Positions 23,419-35,500 of a stretch of 64,000 bases of DNA are shown here, piece after piece. The translations under genes were made by a program, and so were the position numbers. The notes under the pieces were generated by a model. It had not been told where the DNA came from. It made no database searches and was given only the letters and a program-made list of their open reading frames with translations. The stretch is from Tetramitus jugosus (taxonomy: Eukaryota > Protista > Heterolobosea). Where the stretch lies: contig OW569394.1 in the NCBI GenBank assembly GCA_937625935.1, forward strand, positions 124,001 to 188,000. The letters run 5' to 3'. Numbering within the stretch: the stretch's first letter is position 1; every line of letters starts with the position of its first letter.

Positions 23419-23861
23419 GAGGGTGAAAGATTGTGTAATGGTGGGAAGATGTGAAGAAGTGTTTTGGTGTGATCTCGATGAAGCTCTTTGATGGTTTCTG
23501 TGATCGCAAAGTGGGTCTTCTCTCAACAAGAATTCTTATTTTTTGTGGCTGCTTGAAGGGATTTCTGAGCTGTTTTTAGATTAGCGGAGATTAGCTTTGG
23601 TTGAAGTTCAATTTCATTCAATGTGCCGAAACGTTATGTTATGGAAGCGGTACTTGGAGTGGCTGATAATGGGTGACCAACAGGTTTAAGGCAACCTCAG
23701 TCGTCATAACAACAAATGGTGTGTGAAATGAAAGAATCGTGAAAATATCACCGGAAAAATCAAAGAATATAACCGCCATTTTTTCTTTTCAGCCGGTTCA
23801 ACAAAGAAACAAACAAAGCTTCAACAACCACCACGATCGTACAACCAATCAACTGAATTCA

Positions 23862-25865
23862 ATGAGCGCTCATGAACAAACAGTGACGGAGGACGAACAA
23901 CAAGTCCATCAACAACATGAAGAAGAACATGAATCATCATCATCACCACATGAACATCACCACCATCATCATCGAACAACAGAAGAAGTCGAAGAAGCAA
24001 TCATAGCTCTCGAACAAGAAATTTCCAATCATCAACAAAATAATCATCATCATCATCACACATCAGAAGAAGAAGAAGAACAAGAAGAAGAATCAGCAGT
24101 CGACCAACAACAACAAGAAGAAGAAGAAGAAATTCATGATCAACCAACAAACACAACAACAACAACACATGAATCATCACCAACAGATGAAATTCATTCA
24201 CATGTTGTTTCACTGTCTTCACTGAATCCATTGGAGCCTGATGACCCCACTCCTAATCAACTCACTGCCATGAATGAATTTTTACAGAGACAAGAACTTC
24301 AACAATCATTTACTCATAATGATGGTGAAGAAGAAGAAGAGGATGATGATGATGATTCGACTGCTATTCATCATCATCTCCAACAACAACAACAACAACA
24401 TCATCATCAAATGGTGGTCAATCAAGTGGCTCCTCCACCACCACCTTTATCACTATCATCCTCCTCTTCATCGTCACCAAATACTGTTGTTTCTGCTCCT
24501 GCTGGCATGATTCATCACTCACAATTTCAACATCATCATCATCATCATATGACTCAACATCAACCACCAGATGGTGTTGAAGAACAATCAACAATCAACA
24601 ATACTCCTACTACTGGTGCTATGAATAGTAGTGGCAGTAGTAGTGCCAATGGTAGAGAATGGACAGTCGAGTACACCAACTCTGATAAAATTACAGTATC
24701 AGGTGTTCAATTCTCGATTCGAACAAGAACGGATCCACCTACGTGTATCCTACCAGACAAACTCTACAGTTCACTAAAGTACAAGTTTAAACAAACAGTG
24801 AATTGTATGATTCATGGTGGTGGTGGTGACTCCATGCTCATTTCCAAGATGCAAGTCTTTAATGCACAAAACAATATTGAAGTGTTGAAGAATAAGAAAC
24901 CGATATTGTCCAGTACGCATGATCAAGCAGGTGGAACACTTCAAGCAGCCAACACCACGACCACTGCAAACACGACAACAACAACGAGTGGTTCTTCTTC
25001 AAATGGTGTAAAGAGTGAGGGAAATTCAATGTCACCACTCATGATGATTCATAATAATAACAACATGAGAGATTTGACGTGTGAAACATCCTTCCGATTC
25101 AATGATGTCAGTTATCATCATTCAAAGGCGGATTTTCGATTGAAATTGAGTTTTTATTTACCATCGGATTTGATTCATCCGGTGCATGTTGTTGTGTCTG
25201 CACCGTTTCAAGTGTACGCCCGTAGAAGTGCCATTCAAAAGAAGCAAAATTCAAAAGTGACTTCAAACAGCACGACCAATAGCAGTAGTGGCAATGCAAG
25301 TGCTGATGATGAAGATGAGGATGACAATCATGCTTCCTCTGCAAAGAAGAGAAGAAGAATATCGAGTCATCACTCTGATGGAAACACTTCTGATGATGCA
25401 AATAACAACAATAACACTGGTGGAAATCAAGAAGATGATGATGAAGAGGGAGACAATCATGCAAGAGGAACAAGTGCGGACAGTGGTAGTGGAGATGATG
25501 AATCATCGTCACCCATGATGAAAAAGATGAAATCATCGTCGTCATCATCATCCTCATCCTCTTCTTCGCTTGAACCCAACTTGAACAATTATTTGGTCTT
25601 GTTGGAGGAAGTGTTGGCATGCAAGGATCGCATCGTGAACCAAAATGAGCGAAAGCTGGCGTGTGGCATGTTGGCCACACGATTGAACATTTTGTCCACT
25701 CATCCAGCACCAGCGCACCATCATCCTCATGCACACCATCACCCACATCATCATCACATGATGCCTCCACCTGGCTCCTATCACCAGTTTTTGATGCCTC
25801 CAGTGTTCCACACCATGCCACAACCCATGCATCCAATGACTCCTCCACAAGTTCAGAGAAAATAA
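23862..25865 (+). CDS. Putative Ig-fold (p53/NDT80/CudA-like) transcription factor with low-complexity tails
   Basis: Globular beta-rich core ...LYSSLKYKF...FRFNDVSYHHSKADFRLKLSF...VVSAPFQVYARR; NLS AKKRRR; poly-H/Q/E/S/P flanks. Confidence 0.6.
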   Translation: MSAHEQTVTEDEQQVHQQHEEEHESSSSPHEHHHHHHRTTEEVEEAIIALEQEISNHQQNNHHHHHTSEEEEEQEEESAVDQQQQEEEEEIHDQPTNTTTTTHESSPTDEIHSHVVSLSSLNPLEPDDPTPNQLTAMNEFLQRQELQQSFTHNDGEEEEEDDDDDSTAIHHHLQQQQQQHHHQMVVNQVAPPPPPLSLSSSSSSSPNTVVSAPAGMIHHSQFQHHHHHHMTQHQPPDGVEEQSTINNTPTTGAMNSSGSSSANGREWTVEYTNSDKITVSGVQFSIRTRTDPPTCILPDKLYSSLKYKFKQTVNCMIHGGGGDSMLISKMQVFNAQNNIEVLKNKKPILSSTHDQAGGTLQAANTTTTANTTTTTSGSSSNGVKSEGNSMSPLMMIHNNNNMRDLTCETSFRFNDVSYHHSKADFRLKLSFYLPSDLIHPVHVVVSAPFQVYARRSAIQKKQNSKVTSNSTTNSSSGNASADDEDEDDNHASSAKKRRRISSHHSDGNTSDDANNNNNTGGNQEDDDEEGDNHARGTSADSGSGDDESSSPMMKKMKSSSSSSSSSSSSLEPNLNNYLVLLEEVLACKDRIVNQNERKLACGMLATRLNILSTHPAPAHHHPHAHHHPHHHHMMPPPGSYHQFLMPPVFHTMPQPMHPMTPPQVQRK

Positions 25866-26025
25866 ACTCAACAGCTCACAAGCCAAACCAAAAAATTCAC
25901 TTCCAGAAAACGGTGGAACAAAAACTCGAATCCCCAAAAAAAAACGGATCAGAAAAAAACAACAACACAGAGCTAAACCGCCATCATACTTTGTCATCAT
26001 CTATAAACTTATAAACATCAACAAA

Positions 26026-27460
26026 ATGAAGAGATCAACAACGAGCACTGCAGGTGACAATGGATATCATCATACGAATGAAGAAGAATCTCAAACAAAA
26101 AAATTTAAGCAAAGTCCACTTTCTTCTCATGTACTATCCTTGTTGTTGATGCCACATTCATCATCATCATCAATTGAGAAGAATAATGATCTAGTAGAAA
26201 TGGACACACCAGAGCTACAATGTACCAACAAATCACTATCACAACTCATGAATCATTGTCCTCGTGCAATGAGATTGATTTTTGAGTTTTTGAGCTTTGA
26301 TGAGTTGATACAGTCTGTGAGTTTGGTTTGTAAAACAGTGTGCGTTCATGTCTATCACAGCATTCATAAGCTGTTTCTTGTGAGTGACTCTGTTCGCTTT
26401 GATAGTCAAGAACACATGTTATCAGTGATCAAGAGGTAGGTTGATTGATACATCACAAAAAGAAATTGAATTTTTTTTCATGCTTGTTCGTTTGTGTGGT
26501 TGACTGACAAATTGTCATTGTGTTTTCCTTGTTATTGTGCTTGTTGTTTTTTTGTTGTTGTTGTTGTTTATTGTTGTGTTTATTGTCTGTTGTTGTGGTG
26601 ATAGGTTTCCTCATGTACAACATGTGATCATGGATGGATTGGATGTGGAGAATGAACAGCAATTTGAGCTCTCACCCAATGTTTTACAATTGTTGATGCG
26701 CAATGCAAAGACCTTTAACAAGCATTTGAATGAAATTACGATCCAGCAGTGTAATTTGCCCAGTATTTCCATTGTGGACGACAATCAGCTACAAGTTTTG
26801 CGATTGGATCATTTGCAGCTGAGTCAGGGAATTCATCTTGAGGCGTCAAGATTGCGCGTCATTGAATTCTATGATTGTAGCTTTGTGGTGCAGAATCAGC
26901 CGATTCAACTCCAAAAGTGCTTCCAAGTAGAGCAACTGCTGTTTTGCAAGTGCGCTCATTTTACAGATTTGTTGCTGCACTCGTTTTTGACAAGTTTTTT
27001 GTCGGAGGGAATCAAGAACAGGATCGAATTGGCCAGAACGAGTCGTCATCAGAGCACCATTATCGACAAGAGCAGTACTGTGAGTGGTGACAAGAGTGGT
27101 AGTGATGATGGTGAAGATCGTCCATCTCAGGAAAACTTTTTCCAAACGCCATACAAGCTCAAAAAGCTTACACTCATTGAATGTGAGCCATTGACCAACC
27201 CTATTATACAATCAGAGACATTGGAAGAACTTCGACTTGTTCGTTGTAAACACTTGTCGGCGCCACTCATCTCCTGCTATCGATTGAGTCGGTTACAATT
27301 GAATTGGTGTGATCAATTACAGAATTTGACCATGGCCGCACCAAAATTGAAGTTCTTGGATTTGACTGGCGTAGGCAGGAGAGACAACAATGAAAACACA
27401 CGAAACAACATTATCTCTGCCGTCAAGCAATTCAGTCCAGACATTCAAATCTCCTACTAG
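26026..27460 (+). CDS. F-box/leucine-rich-repeat protein; exons 26026-26435 and 26605-27460
   Basis: F-box CPRAMRLIFEFLSFDELIQSVSLVCK; intron 26436-26604 (GTAGG...ATAG); Cys-containing LRRs (LEELRLVRC, LSRLQLNWC, LKFLDLTG). Confidence 0.85.
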
Positions 27461-27530
27461 CCAATCGGAAAATTACACAAGAATAAATTTCTCCTCCATC
27501 AGAAAAAAAACAAAGCACGAAACATTGATC

Positions 27531-28226
27531 ATGAAGACATTTTCATTTACATTGACATTATTGTGTCTCTTCTTCCTATTCGTGTCAACAGTTGTGGTTG
27601 GAGATTCAACAACATATCCGCTCATTTACACCACATCGAGCGGCGCTTCATTGACGAGATTGAACATGGAATTGGCGCGATCAGGTTTACAAAATGTTCA
27701 ATTGGTCGTTTCCGGTGTCAACAAGGATGAAACACTGCCAAAGGACGAACTCGTCAGAGTGTCCATCGGAAATACAAACATTTTTACGACCGCGGTCAAC
27801 CTTACAAAATGCGAAAAATTTTTGATCGACGTGAATAAGGTGACTTTGGAACCAATTCATATCGAACAAGTGAACTGTAAGCTTTTGGGTCCAAATTCAC
27901 TTCAGCTCGCAGGAGCTACTACTGGTGGAGCGAGAGCTATCCCTAGGAGCTCTCCATCCTCTTCCACTGGTGGTGCAACTAAGGCAAAGCAAAGCAGCCA
28001 AAACTCCATTGTTTATCTGAGAAGTTCTCTCAGAGAGGCATCAGACTATTTGGTAAAGTCTGGTAGAGTGAGCTTCGAGGGTGTTGCTACACCAAAGAAC
28101 GAAAAGGAAACTGAAGAGAACAATCAGAGCTTCTTTAGAAAGTATTGGTACTTTATTGTGCCTGCTGTTTTGATGCTTGTCATTAGCTCCATTGGCGGTG
28201 ATGATCAAGGAGGTGCTGCTCAATAA
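27531..28226 (+). CDS. EMC10: ER membrane protein complex subunit 10-like
   Basis: Signal peptide and the C-terminal signature QSFFRKYWYFIVPAVLMLVI followed by a short G/Q tail. Confidence 0.75.
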   Translation: MKTFSFTLTLLCLFFLFVSTVVVGDSTTYPLIYTTSSGASLTRLNMELARSGLQNVQLVVSGVNKDETLPKDELVRVSIGNTNIFTTAVNLTKCEKFLIDVNKVTLEPIHIEQVNCKLLGPNSLQLAGATTGGARAIPRSSPSSSTGGATKAKQSSQNSIVYLRSSLREASDYLVKSGRVSFEGVATPKNEKETEENNQSFFRKYWYFIVPAVLMLVISSIGGDDQGGAAQ

Positions 28227-28293
28227 AAAATTTCATGCCATTCATTCTGCATACAACCAATGTGAACGTTCAACAAGATCGGAAAAATATTTG

Positions 28294-28385
28294 TTTCGCG
28301 CCACAAATTGACCGTTATTGCCATTCGAACTTTTGCTGGAAACTCCTCTTGTGAATTTTTAATTGTGTGCCCGTACGCGTTTGAA
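28294..28385 (+). promoter_or_regulatory. Cluster of cell-cycle-type motifs: E2F TTTCGCGC (28294), MCB ACGCGT (28375), CHR TTTGAA (28380)
   Basis: Three consensus matches within ~90 nt, 75-165 nt upstream of ATG 28460. Confidence 0.35.
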
Positions 28386-28459
28386 TTTCTACCATCACAA
28401 CAAAGCCAATAACAACAACACCAGTCTGTCACTATCTGTACCAATTCCCATTTACAACA

Positions 28460-29440
28460 ATGCCAAAGAAGTCAACCAAGAAGGTAGAGCAATCCAAGAA
28501 GCCTGAGAAGGAAATCAAGTCAGACTATCACTGGAGCAAACTCAGAAGTAAGGAAAAGGATACTTCCAAGAGAGTCCTGCCCGACACGGTTTTGCCAGGT
28601 ACCCGCCAAAGAACCAACTACAATTACAATTTGAGTGCCATGGCTAAAAATAATGTCGATGACGAAAAGGTTGTCAAGCGCAGACCAAGTAACTCTGTGA
28701 ATTCATTGGAGCAGAGAGAAAAGCTTGCAAAGGTTGCCAAGAAAAAGTCTGGTTCTAGCAATAGCAAGGACACTGTCGAACAACGTCGCAGAAGAAAGCC
28801 TACAAAGAAGGATCAAAAGCAAGAAGAGGAAGAAGAGGAAGAAGAGCCTACTACTGTTGTTGCCAAGGCCAACAAGACCAACAACAAGAAGGCTCCTGCA
28901 AACAACAAGAGAAGCAGACAAGAGAGAGAACAGGATGATGAAGAAGAAGAAGAGCATGTCAGTGGTACCGAAGAAGATGAACAACCAAAAGCAAAGAAGG
29001 CTGCTGTTTCCAAGAAGCAAGGAGAACCATTATCCAAAAAGGTGCTTGATTTGGCTGAAAAGTTGGGCGCCAAGGCCAGTACAAAGAACAATATTCGCTT
29101 GTACGCCAACAAGTATGAAGAGCCTCTTGCCATTAGTACCTTTAACAATTTGAAGTGGCCAAAGGTTTGTTTTGCTTGTGACAAGCACAATTTTGGTGGT
29201 ATGGAGTTGATGGAGTTGGATCTCGCAGAGAGAAACGAATACAAGTTTTTGAGAGATCCAAAGACTATCATTATTGGATCTGGAGATGTCATCTTGGCAG
29301 CCAAGTTGGATGACTTGTCTAGCGACTTTAACGTTTATATTTTGGATGATGAGCAGAAGGAGAAGTTTGAAGGACCTGTTAAAATCTCTGAACTTTTGAA
29401 GGAAATGACTGTTGATGAGGAAGTTGACGGTGCAGAATAA
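28460..29440 (+). CDS. Lys/Glu-rich protein with a C-terminal SMI1/KNR4 (SUKH)-like domain
   Basis: Strongly biased codons; disordered basic/acidic N-terminal half; C-terminal PLAISTF...IIIGSGDVILAAKLDDLSSDFNVYILDDE...KISELLK. The domain call is by pattern only. Confidence 0.65.
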   Translation: MPKKSTKKVEQSKKPEKEIKSDYHWSKLRSKEKDTSKRVLPDTVLPGTRQRTNYNYNLSAMAKNNVDDEKVVKRRPSNSVNSLEQREKLAKVAKKKSGSSNSKDTVEQRRRRKPTKKDQKQEEEEEEEEPTTVVAKANKTNNKKAPANNKRSRQEREQDDEEEEEHVSGTEEDEQPKAKKAAVSKKQGEPLSKKVLDLAEKLGAKASTKNNIRLYANKYEEPLAISTFNNLKWPKVCFACDKHNFGGMELMELDLAERNEYKFLRDPKTIIIGSGDVILAAKLDDLSSDFNVYILDDEQKEKFEGPVKISELLKEMTVDEEVDGAE

Positions 29441-29527
29441 GTTTGATTGTTAATGTTTGGCGACATAGGACGTCGCTCGAGCTGAATACAACTTCAAATT
29501 AGTAAAACCTTAAATCACCACTTTTAT

Positions 29528-32500
29528 TTAGATGAAGTGTCTTGCTTTCTTTGCAGCTCGCAGAGCATTCAAAGCTGAAGTGGACGGAGATCCAATTAAC
29601 TCCATTTCACTATTCGAATCAGATGTGGTAAATTCTGTTACGTCAGACATTTCAATTTCAGCCTGTCTTGCATACTTTCTTGAAAACATTGCCTTAATTC
29701 TGTTGTCCTCACCGTCGTCCACCTTGTACATCTTTCTGGCGACACTCGCAAATTGATCATCCTCCAGAGAGGTCACATTCTTGTCCAGAACAAATTCAAA
29801 TTTCCAAGCGTCCAACTTTGCTTGCATTTCTTTCTTTCTCTTGGCAGATAACAATCTCCAGAGAATGAAAATGATCACTGGAATGAGGAGAGCAAAGAAT
29901 AAAAGGAAGAACAAACTTCCTGCGATGGAAGAAACCGCAACTACTACACCCTTTGTGTATTGTTTGACTTGATCAACAGGAGTAGGTGGTAGGGGTGCCA
30001 TATTCTTGGGAATGTTGGTGATATTGCATTCAAAATATTGACAAGTAACCCATACTCTATCTATTGAAGCAGTTAGGGTCATAGTGTTTTGTTGTAAGTG
30101 TCTCGAATCTTGTTGGATCAAGCTCTGAGCGATAGCTAAGTGACCCGTAGACAACATCTTTTTGAAAATTTCTACTTGGGGCCTCTCTGTGTTGGCTGAT
30201 ACTTGACATATTTGAGAGTACCCTTGCTTGACACTGGCATCAATTCTCCATGGTTCGTCTGGTAGAGGACTGGAAGCATTTGAAGACACATTTTGAATTG
30301 AAAGCCATTCATAAAACAATGTTTCGTTCATATTCAGCATTTCAACCTCGGGTCTGACCAATTTCAATGTTAAACTATGAGGTACCCCCATTGTAAAAGA
30401 TGGACATCTTACTCTCGAAGTGAACACACGATCCCCAAGTTGATATGAGGAGGATATGGTTTGAGATCCTGCTGCATCAACAGTGATACTGGCGAAAGCG
30501 TTATAGGTATGATCCAGCTCCGATGTATACCATAACTCCAAAAGGTTTCCAGTTTGTCCTGGATCAATTATGAACTCTACCACTAGTTGTTGATCCAAAG
30601 TCTTGACTAGAGGCGATTTAGAGCGGAACATCGCTCTCGTATGAGAATCAGAAAGATAGGAAGTTAATCTGGAAATGGAACGACTTGATACTTCATCAAA
30701 TGGTATCCATTCCGTGGTGATGTCATCTTGAGAAGGGAGTATTGACTCAAATGTATCATAGAACGAATTGTGATCGAATGAGTCATAGAAAGCTAATAAA
30801 CTCGTATCAATGTAATAGAAGAATGCAGGTGTATCTTGGGACGAGAATTCTCTATTCATCATTGTGACAGTTACTTGAACAACGTTATTATTGGCACCTT
30901 CAAATAGAGGAACAGGACACTCAACATGTCTCTTATCGATGTTAGTTGACATCACATCTATTGCTTCCTCCTCACCATTGAGTTTTTTCCAGAGGAATGT
31001 GCATGTAATATTCTTTTCCTGTGAGAACCAAGGTGCGTATAACGAGATAATGTCTCCCTGTTTCGCTGTCGTAGGACTGATACTAATGATACTTGGTTGG
31101 AAGTACACGAGAGAGAGGCCTTTCTGAGGAACACCTGTGGAGTTTGAGACTGAGTATATTAGAAGATCGGTAAATTCAACACTTCCCCTGTCTGACGGCC
31201 ACTTGAAGGATGGTTTGAAGCATGCGTCTCCTGTGAGACCTATAGAGCTACACGCCACAAGATTTGTGGTAACTTTTACATCAGAGATAGGATCAATCAA
31301 AGAAATTTTCGATTGGCCATCTAAAGTCAAATGTTGACCTCCTAGTCTTATCCATGAACTGAGCATCGAATCGGCAGGGATACCAGATGGTGATAAACTA
31401 TCAATGAGAGGTTCCCAATTTCCGATGATAGTGAAGAATTTATCATTCAGGTCTCTGGGGTACACTGATGGCGAGGCATCGAATGCTTTGTTCTTTGGAA
31501 CAATCATTATAAGTCGCTTCTTCAGGTCATTCAGGTACACGTGGGAGTTTGACTCGTATTTCACATCTGCAAAAAATCCACCCGCCAAGTCAGTAACAAG
31601 AGATAATTTATCCCCACTTATTCTCGATAAATAGGTTCTTCGTAGAAGATGAACGGATCCATCCACATACATTAGCGCTTGAACATCAACTATGGAGGGG
31701 AATGATTTAAAAACAATCAATTCTGAAAGTACTCCTGACGAGGTAACTTGTAAGATGACCACTTTTTCTGTTGTTCTCTTTCGAGCAAGTAAGTAAATAT
31801 TTCCGGTTGTAGTGTCAATAGTGGTGAACCTGTTGTTACTACCTCCTGTGAGAGGAGTGTATAGAGTTGTCGAGAACACTTTGTCACCACTCTTACCAAA
31901 CAAGCTCACAGAGTGAATCCTTATTTCACTCTCAAGGGAAACTACAATCATTGAATTAGCGTTGACAAAAACAGCTGACATGTTCATATTTTCGATCTTC
32001 TGGTCGGGTAATGGTCTTAGCAGTGTCAATGCTTCGGAGTTAACGGTATAGATTCCATCATCTCTCAACAAATAGAAAGATTTTGAGAACTTGCTATAGA
32101 AGGTCCCAGAAGAATTCAGTGTTCGGAAGGAGTACATGGCTCTACCACAATTGAGATCCACTAATGAAATATTTTGTGACGGACCATCTGGGAGAGAAAC
32201 CAGTAAAAATTCACTGCTGGTGTCACATTGACTCCGCACAATCTCACAATCAGATCCAGCGAAGCCTGCTAGACATAAACACTTCTCGGGAGCTATGCAA
32301 CTGCCTCTACCACTACACACATTTGTGTTGTTTCCAAATATTTGATTACAAATTGGAATGTTGCAGATATCGGATACATAACCATCTACACACCTGCATG
32401 TATTTGGTTGTATACAAGATCCGAACCCAGAGCACACATTTGACTCATTTGAGAGTCGTCCATAGCACTGTACAAGTTGACAGCGATCACCATTATAACC

Positions 32501-35500
32501 ATTATTACACGAGCAACGGTTTGGATCTACGCATGATCCGGCCCCGTTACAAACAGAGTCATTTGATGCAGGGATACCAAAGCAGATAGGGATTGAGCAA
32601 TTTGTGCCAGAATACTCAGGAACACACGAGCATGTGCTTGTAGTGTGTTCTTTTTCTGGAAAACAAACACAAGTGTCAGGTGCGATACAGTGCCCATTCC
32701 CACTACATACTAATGGATCAGACTCATTCTTCGAGTAACAAATATTGAGTTGACACTCATGACCTGTGCGACCTTCGGAGCATTTGCATTTATCAACACC
32801 AACACAAGTACCATTTGAGGAGCACACAGACGAATCAGTTTCGTTAATTCCATAGCACATTGATAATTGACACTCTATACCTGTTCTTCCGAATGTTCTG
32901 CTACAGTTACACGTATCAGCTGACACACATGTTCCAACACCAGAGCATGTATCCCGATGATCATATGGAATTCCGAAACATATTGGATCAGAACAATCAC
33001 TTCCTTTCCATCCATAAGAACAATTACACCTATCAACAGAATAACAACTACCATGACCACTACAAACCATAGGATCTGTTTGATTCTTCCCGAAACAAAT
33101 ATTCCACTTGCATTCGGTTCCCGTTCGCCCAAAGTCACATTGACAAGTGTCAGTGAATATGCATGAGCCCCTTCCAGAACATACTTCTTGATTATTTGAT
33201 GCAGGAGTTCCAAAACAAATCGGAATATTGCAATCAAATCCTGTCCATTGATTAAAGGAACAATTACACTTGTGCGGTCCAATGCATTTACCATGACTAT
33301 TGCACACAAGTTCATCAGTTTCATTGAAACCGAAACAATAATTCAACTCACAATTAAGTCCTATTCTACCCTCACTACACAAACAGATGTCAGGTTCATA
33401 GCAGAATCCATACTTCGAGCATACGGATCTATTTGTGCCCCAAACATCATAACACAAAGGAACACTGCAGTCTCTGCTGACCCAACCATCAGTACAATTA
33501 CACTTATCTGGTTTATAGCATGAACCATGAGTAGAGCACACCTCTGGAGCCGTAGTATTAACTTCAAAACAACTAGGGTAGTAGCATTCCAAACCAGAGT
33601 ATCCATAGCTACATTCACAATTATCTGGAGATGTACATTTACCATGATTTGAGCAAACATTTACTGTATCGTTGGATAGTTTTCCATAGCAGATAGGGTA
33701 CTGGCACTCATTTCCCGCAAATCCACTATCACAGACACATTCATTCGGTGAGTGACACACACCATGTCCTGAACAAACATAGTGATCAACATCTAGTCGT
33801 CCATAACAATCAATATACTGACAATCAGTTCCATTGTAGCCTCGTTGACACAAACATTGATCTGGCTGCTGACAGTAGCCTCGCCCATGGCAAACATTTG
33901 TGTGGTTATACTCCAGGATACCATTGCAGACGTTTTGTTCGCATTCCAATCCACCATAACCGCGAGTACATACGCAAAAGTCGATATTGATACAGTTTCC
34001 ATGTCCTAGATGAGAATTACATGATGGGGGGACAGTTGTTAGGTTTTTCCCGTAACAAGTCAATGGGACACAGAAGCCATCCGCATCAAACTTGGTGAGA
34101 CATGTGCAATTGTTAGGTGACACACACGTTCCATTCTTTCCATAGTTACAAGACGCTGGATTGGTGGCATTCAACCCAAAACAGATCGGAGTGCTACAAT
34201 AAGGATCAGTGTATCCAGTCGTACAGTTACACTTACTGGGAGTGAGACATCGACCATGTCCAGAACAGTCCTTGCTGGTGGACAATACTAAATCAACAGA
34301 AGTAGCTGGGGCTTGATAGATGGTTTCAATTCCAGTAATTCTATCAAAATATCTGCTGTAGCAAACAGGATAACTGCAGTTACCTCCTGTATATCCAGGA
34401 ATAGGAATAGAGTAGCACATACACACATCTGGATCAATACACACTCCCTTTCCACTACAAACCAATGAATCATTAGTGTTTCGACTGTGGCATATTGTGA
34501 ATTGGCAGTTGTTGCCATTGTATCCTCTCGTGCAGTTACACACTCCTGGTCCGATACATTGACCATGAGAGGAGCACACAGCAGGATCATTTGATGGGCG
34601 ACCGAAACAATTAATATATTGACAACGATCACCGGACCACTTATTGGGATCACAAATACATGTGTTCAAGTATTTGCACTCTCCTCTTCCTGAACAAACA
34701 TTCGCTGTATCAGTCATATTGAATCCAAAACAAGAAGTGAATTCACAATTAGTACCAGAGAAGCCAGATTTACACACACACGTATCCCAATCAGTACATG
34801 TTCCATTTCCAGAGCAAACATCAGGATCATCTTGAAGAACATTGAAACAAGTTTTTCCATTGAATAGAGCCAGAGAATGAGTAAATCCCAATGAGAAGAA
34901 CTCTGTGTATCTCTGTGTAAAATTAGACGCAGTGATCTCTGGGACAAGTTTGTTTGTTTTTGAGTAATCACCTAGTTGGCCAATGTAATTGCTGCCCCAA
35001 GCCAATACCTTTCCAGTGTCAGTCAGCGCAAATGAAGAGCCGTACCCACTAGATGCAATCTCAACAATAGTATAACTAGAAAGGAATGTGAGTAGATTCG
35101 GTAGGCATTGAGCATCTGTCGTGTTGATACCTAGTTGCCCTTTGTCATTAGCGCCCCAGCACCACACTTGTTTCTTGCTTGTCAACGCGCAACTAAAGTC
35201 TTCACCACCAGACATTTTCTCAATCGACTCTGACTCCAAACCTTTCACTTTAACAGGAACAGAGGAGAGAGAAGTGGAAACACCTTGGCCCAATTGACAT
35301 TTCGAGTCATCCCCCCAACCGTATAATACTCCGTCAACAGTTGTTGCGAGCGAATGATAAGCACCCACAAATACACAGACCGCTTTTTTGATACTGAAAA
35401 TGCTCATGACACGAATAGGCATTAATTTTGACTTAATATTGTCAAGTGTTCCATCTCCCAACTGCCCAAACAGGTTCCCTCCCCAAGAGTACACCTCTCC

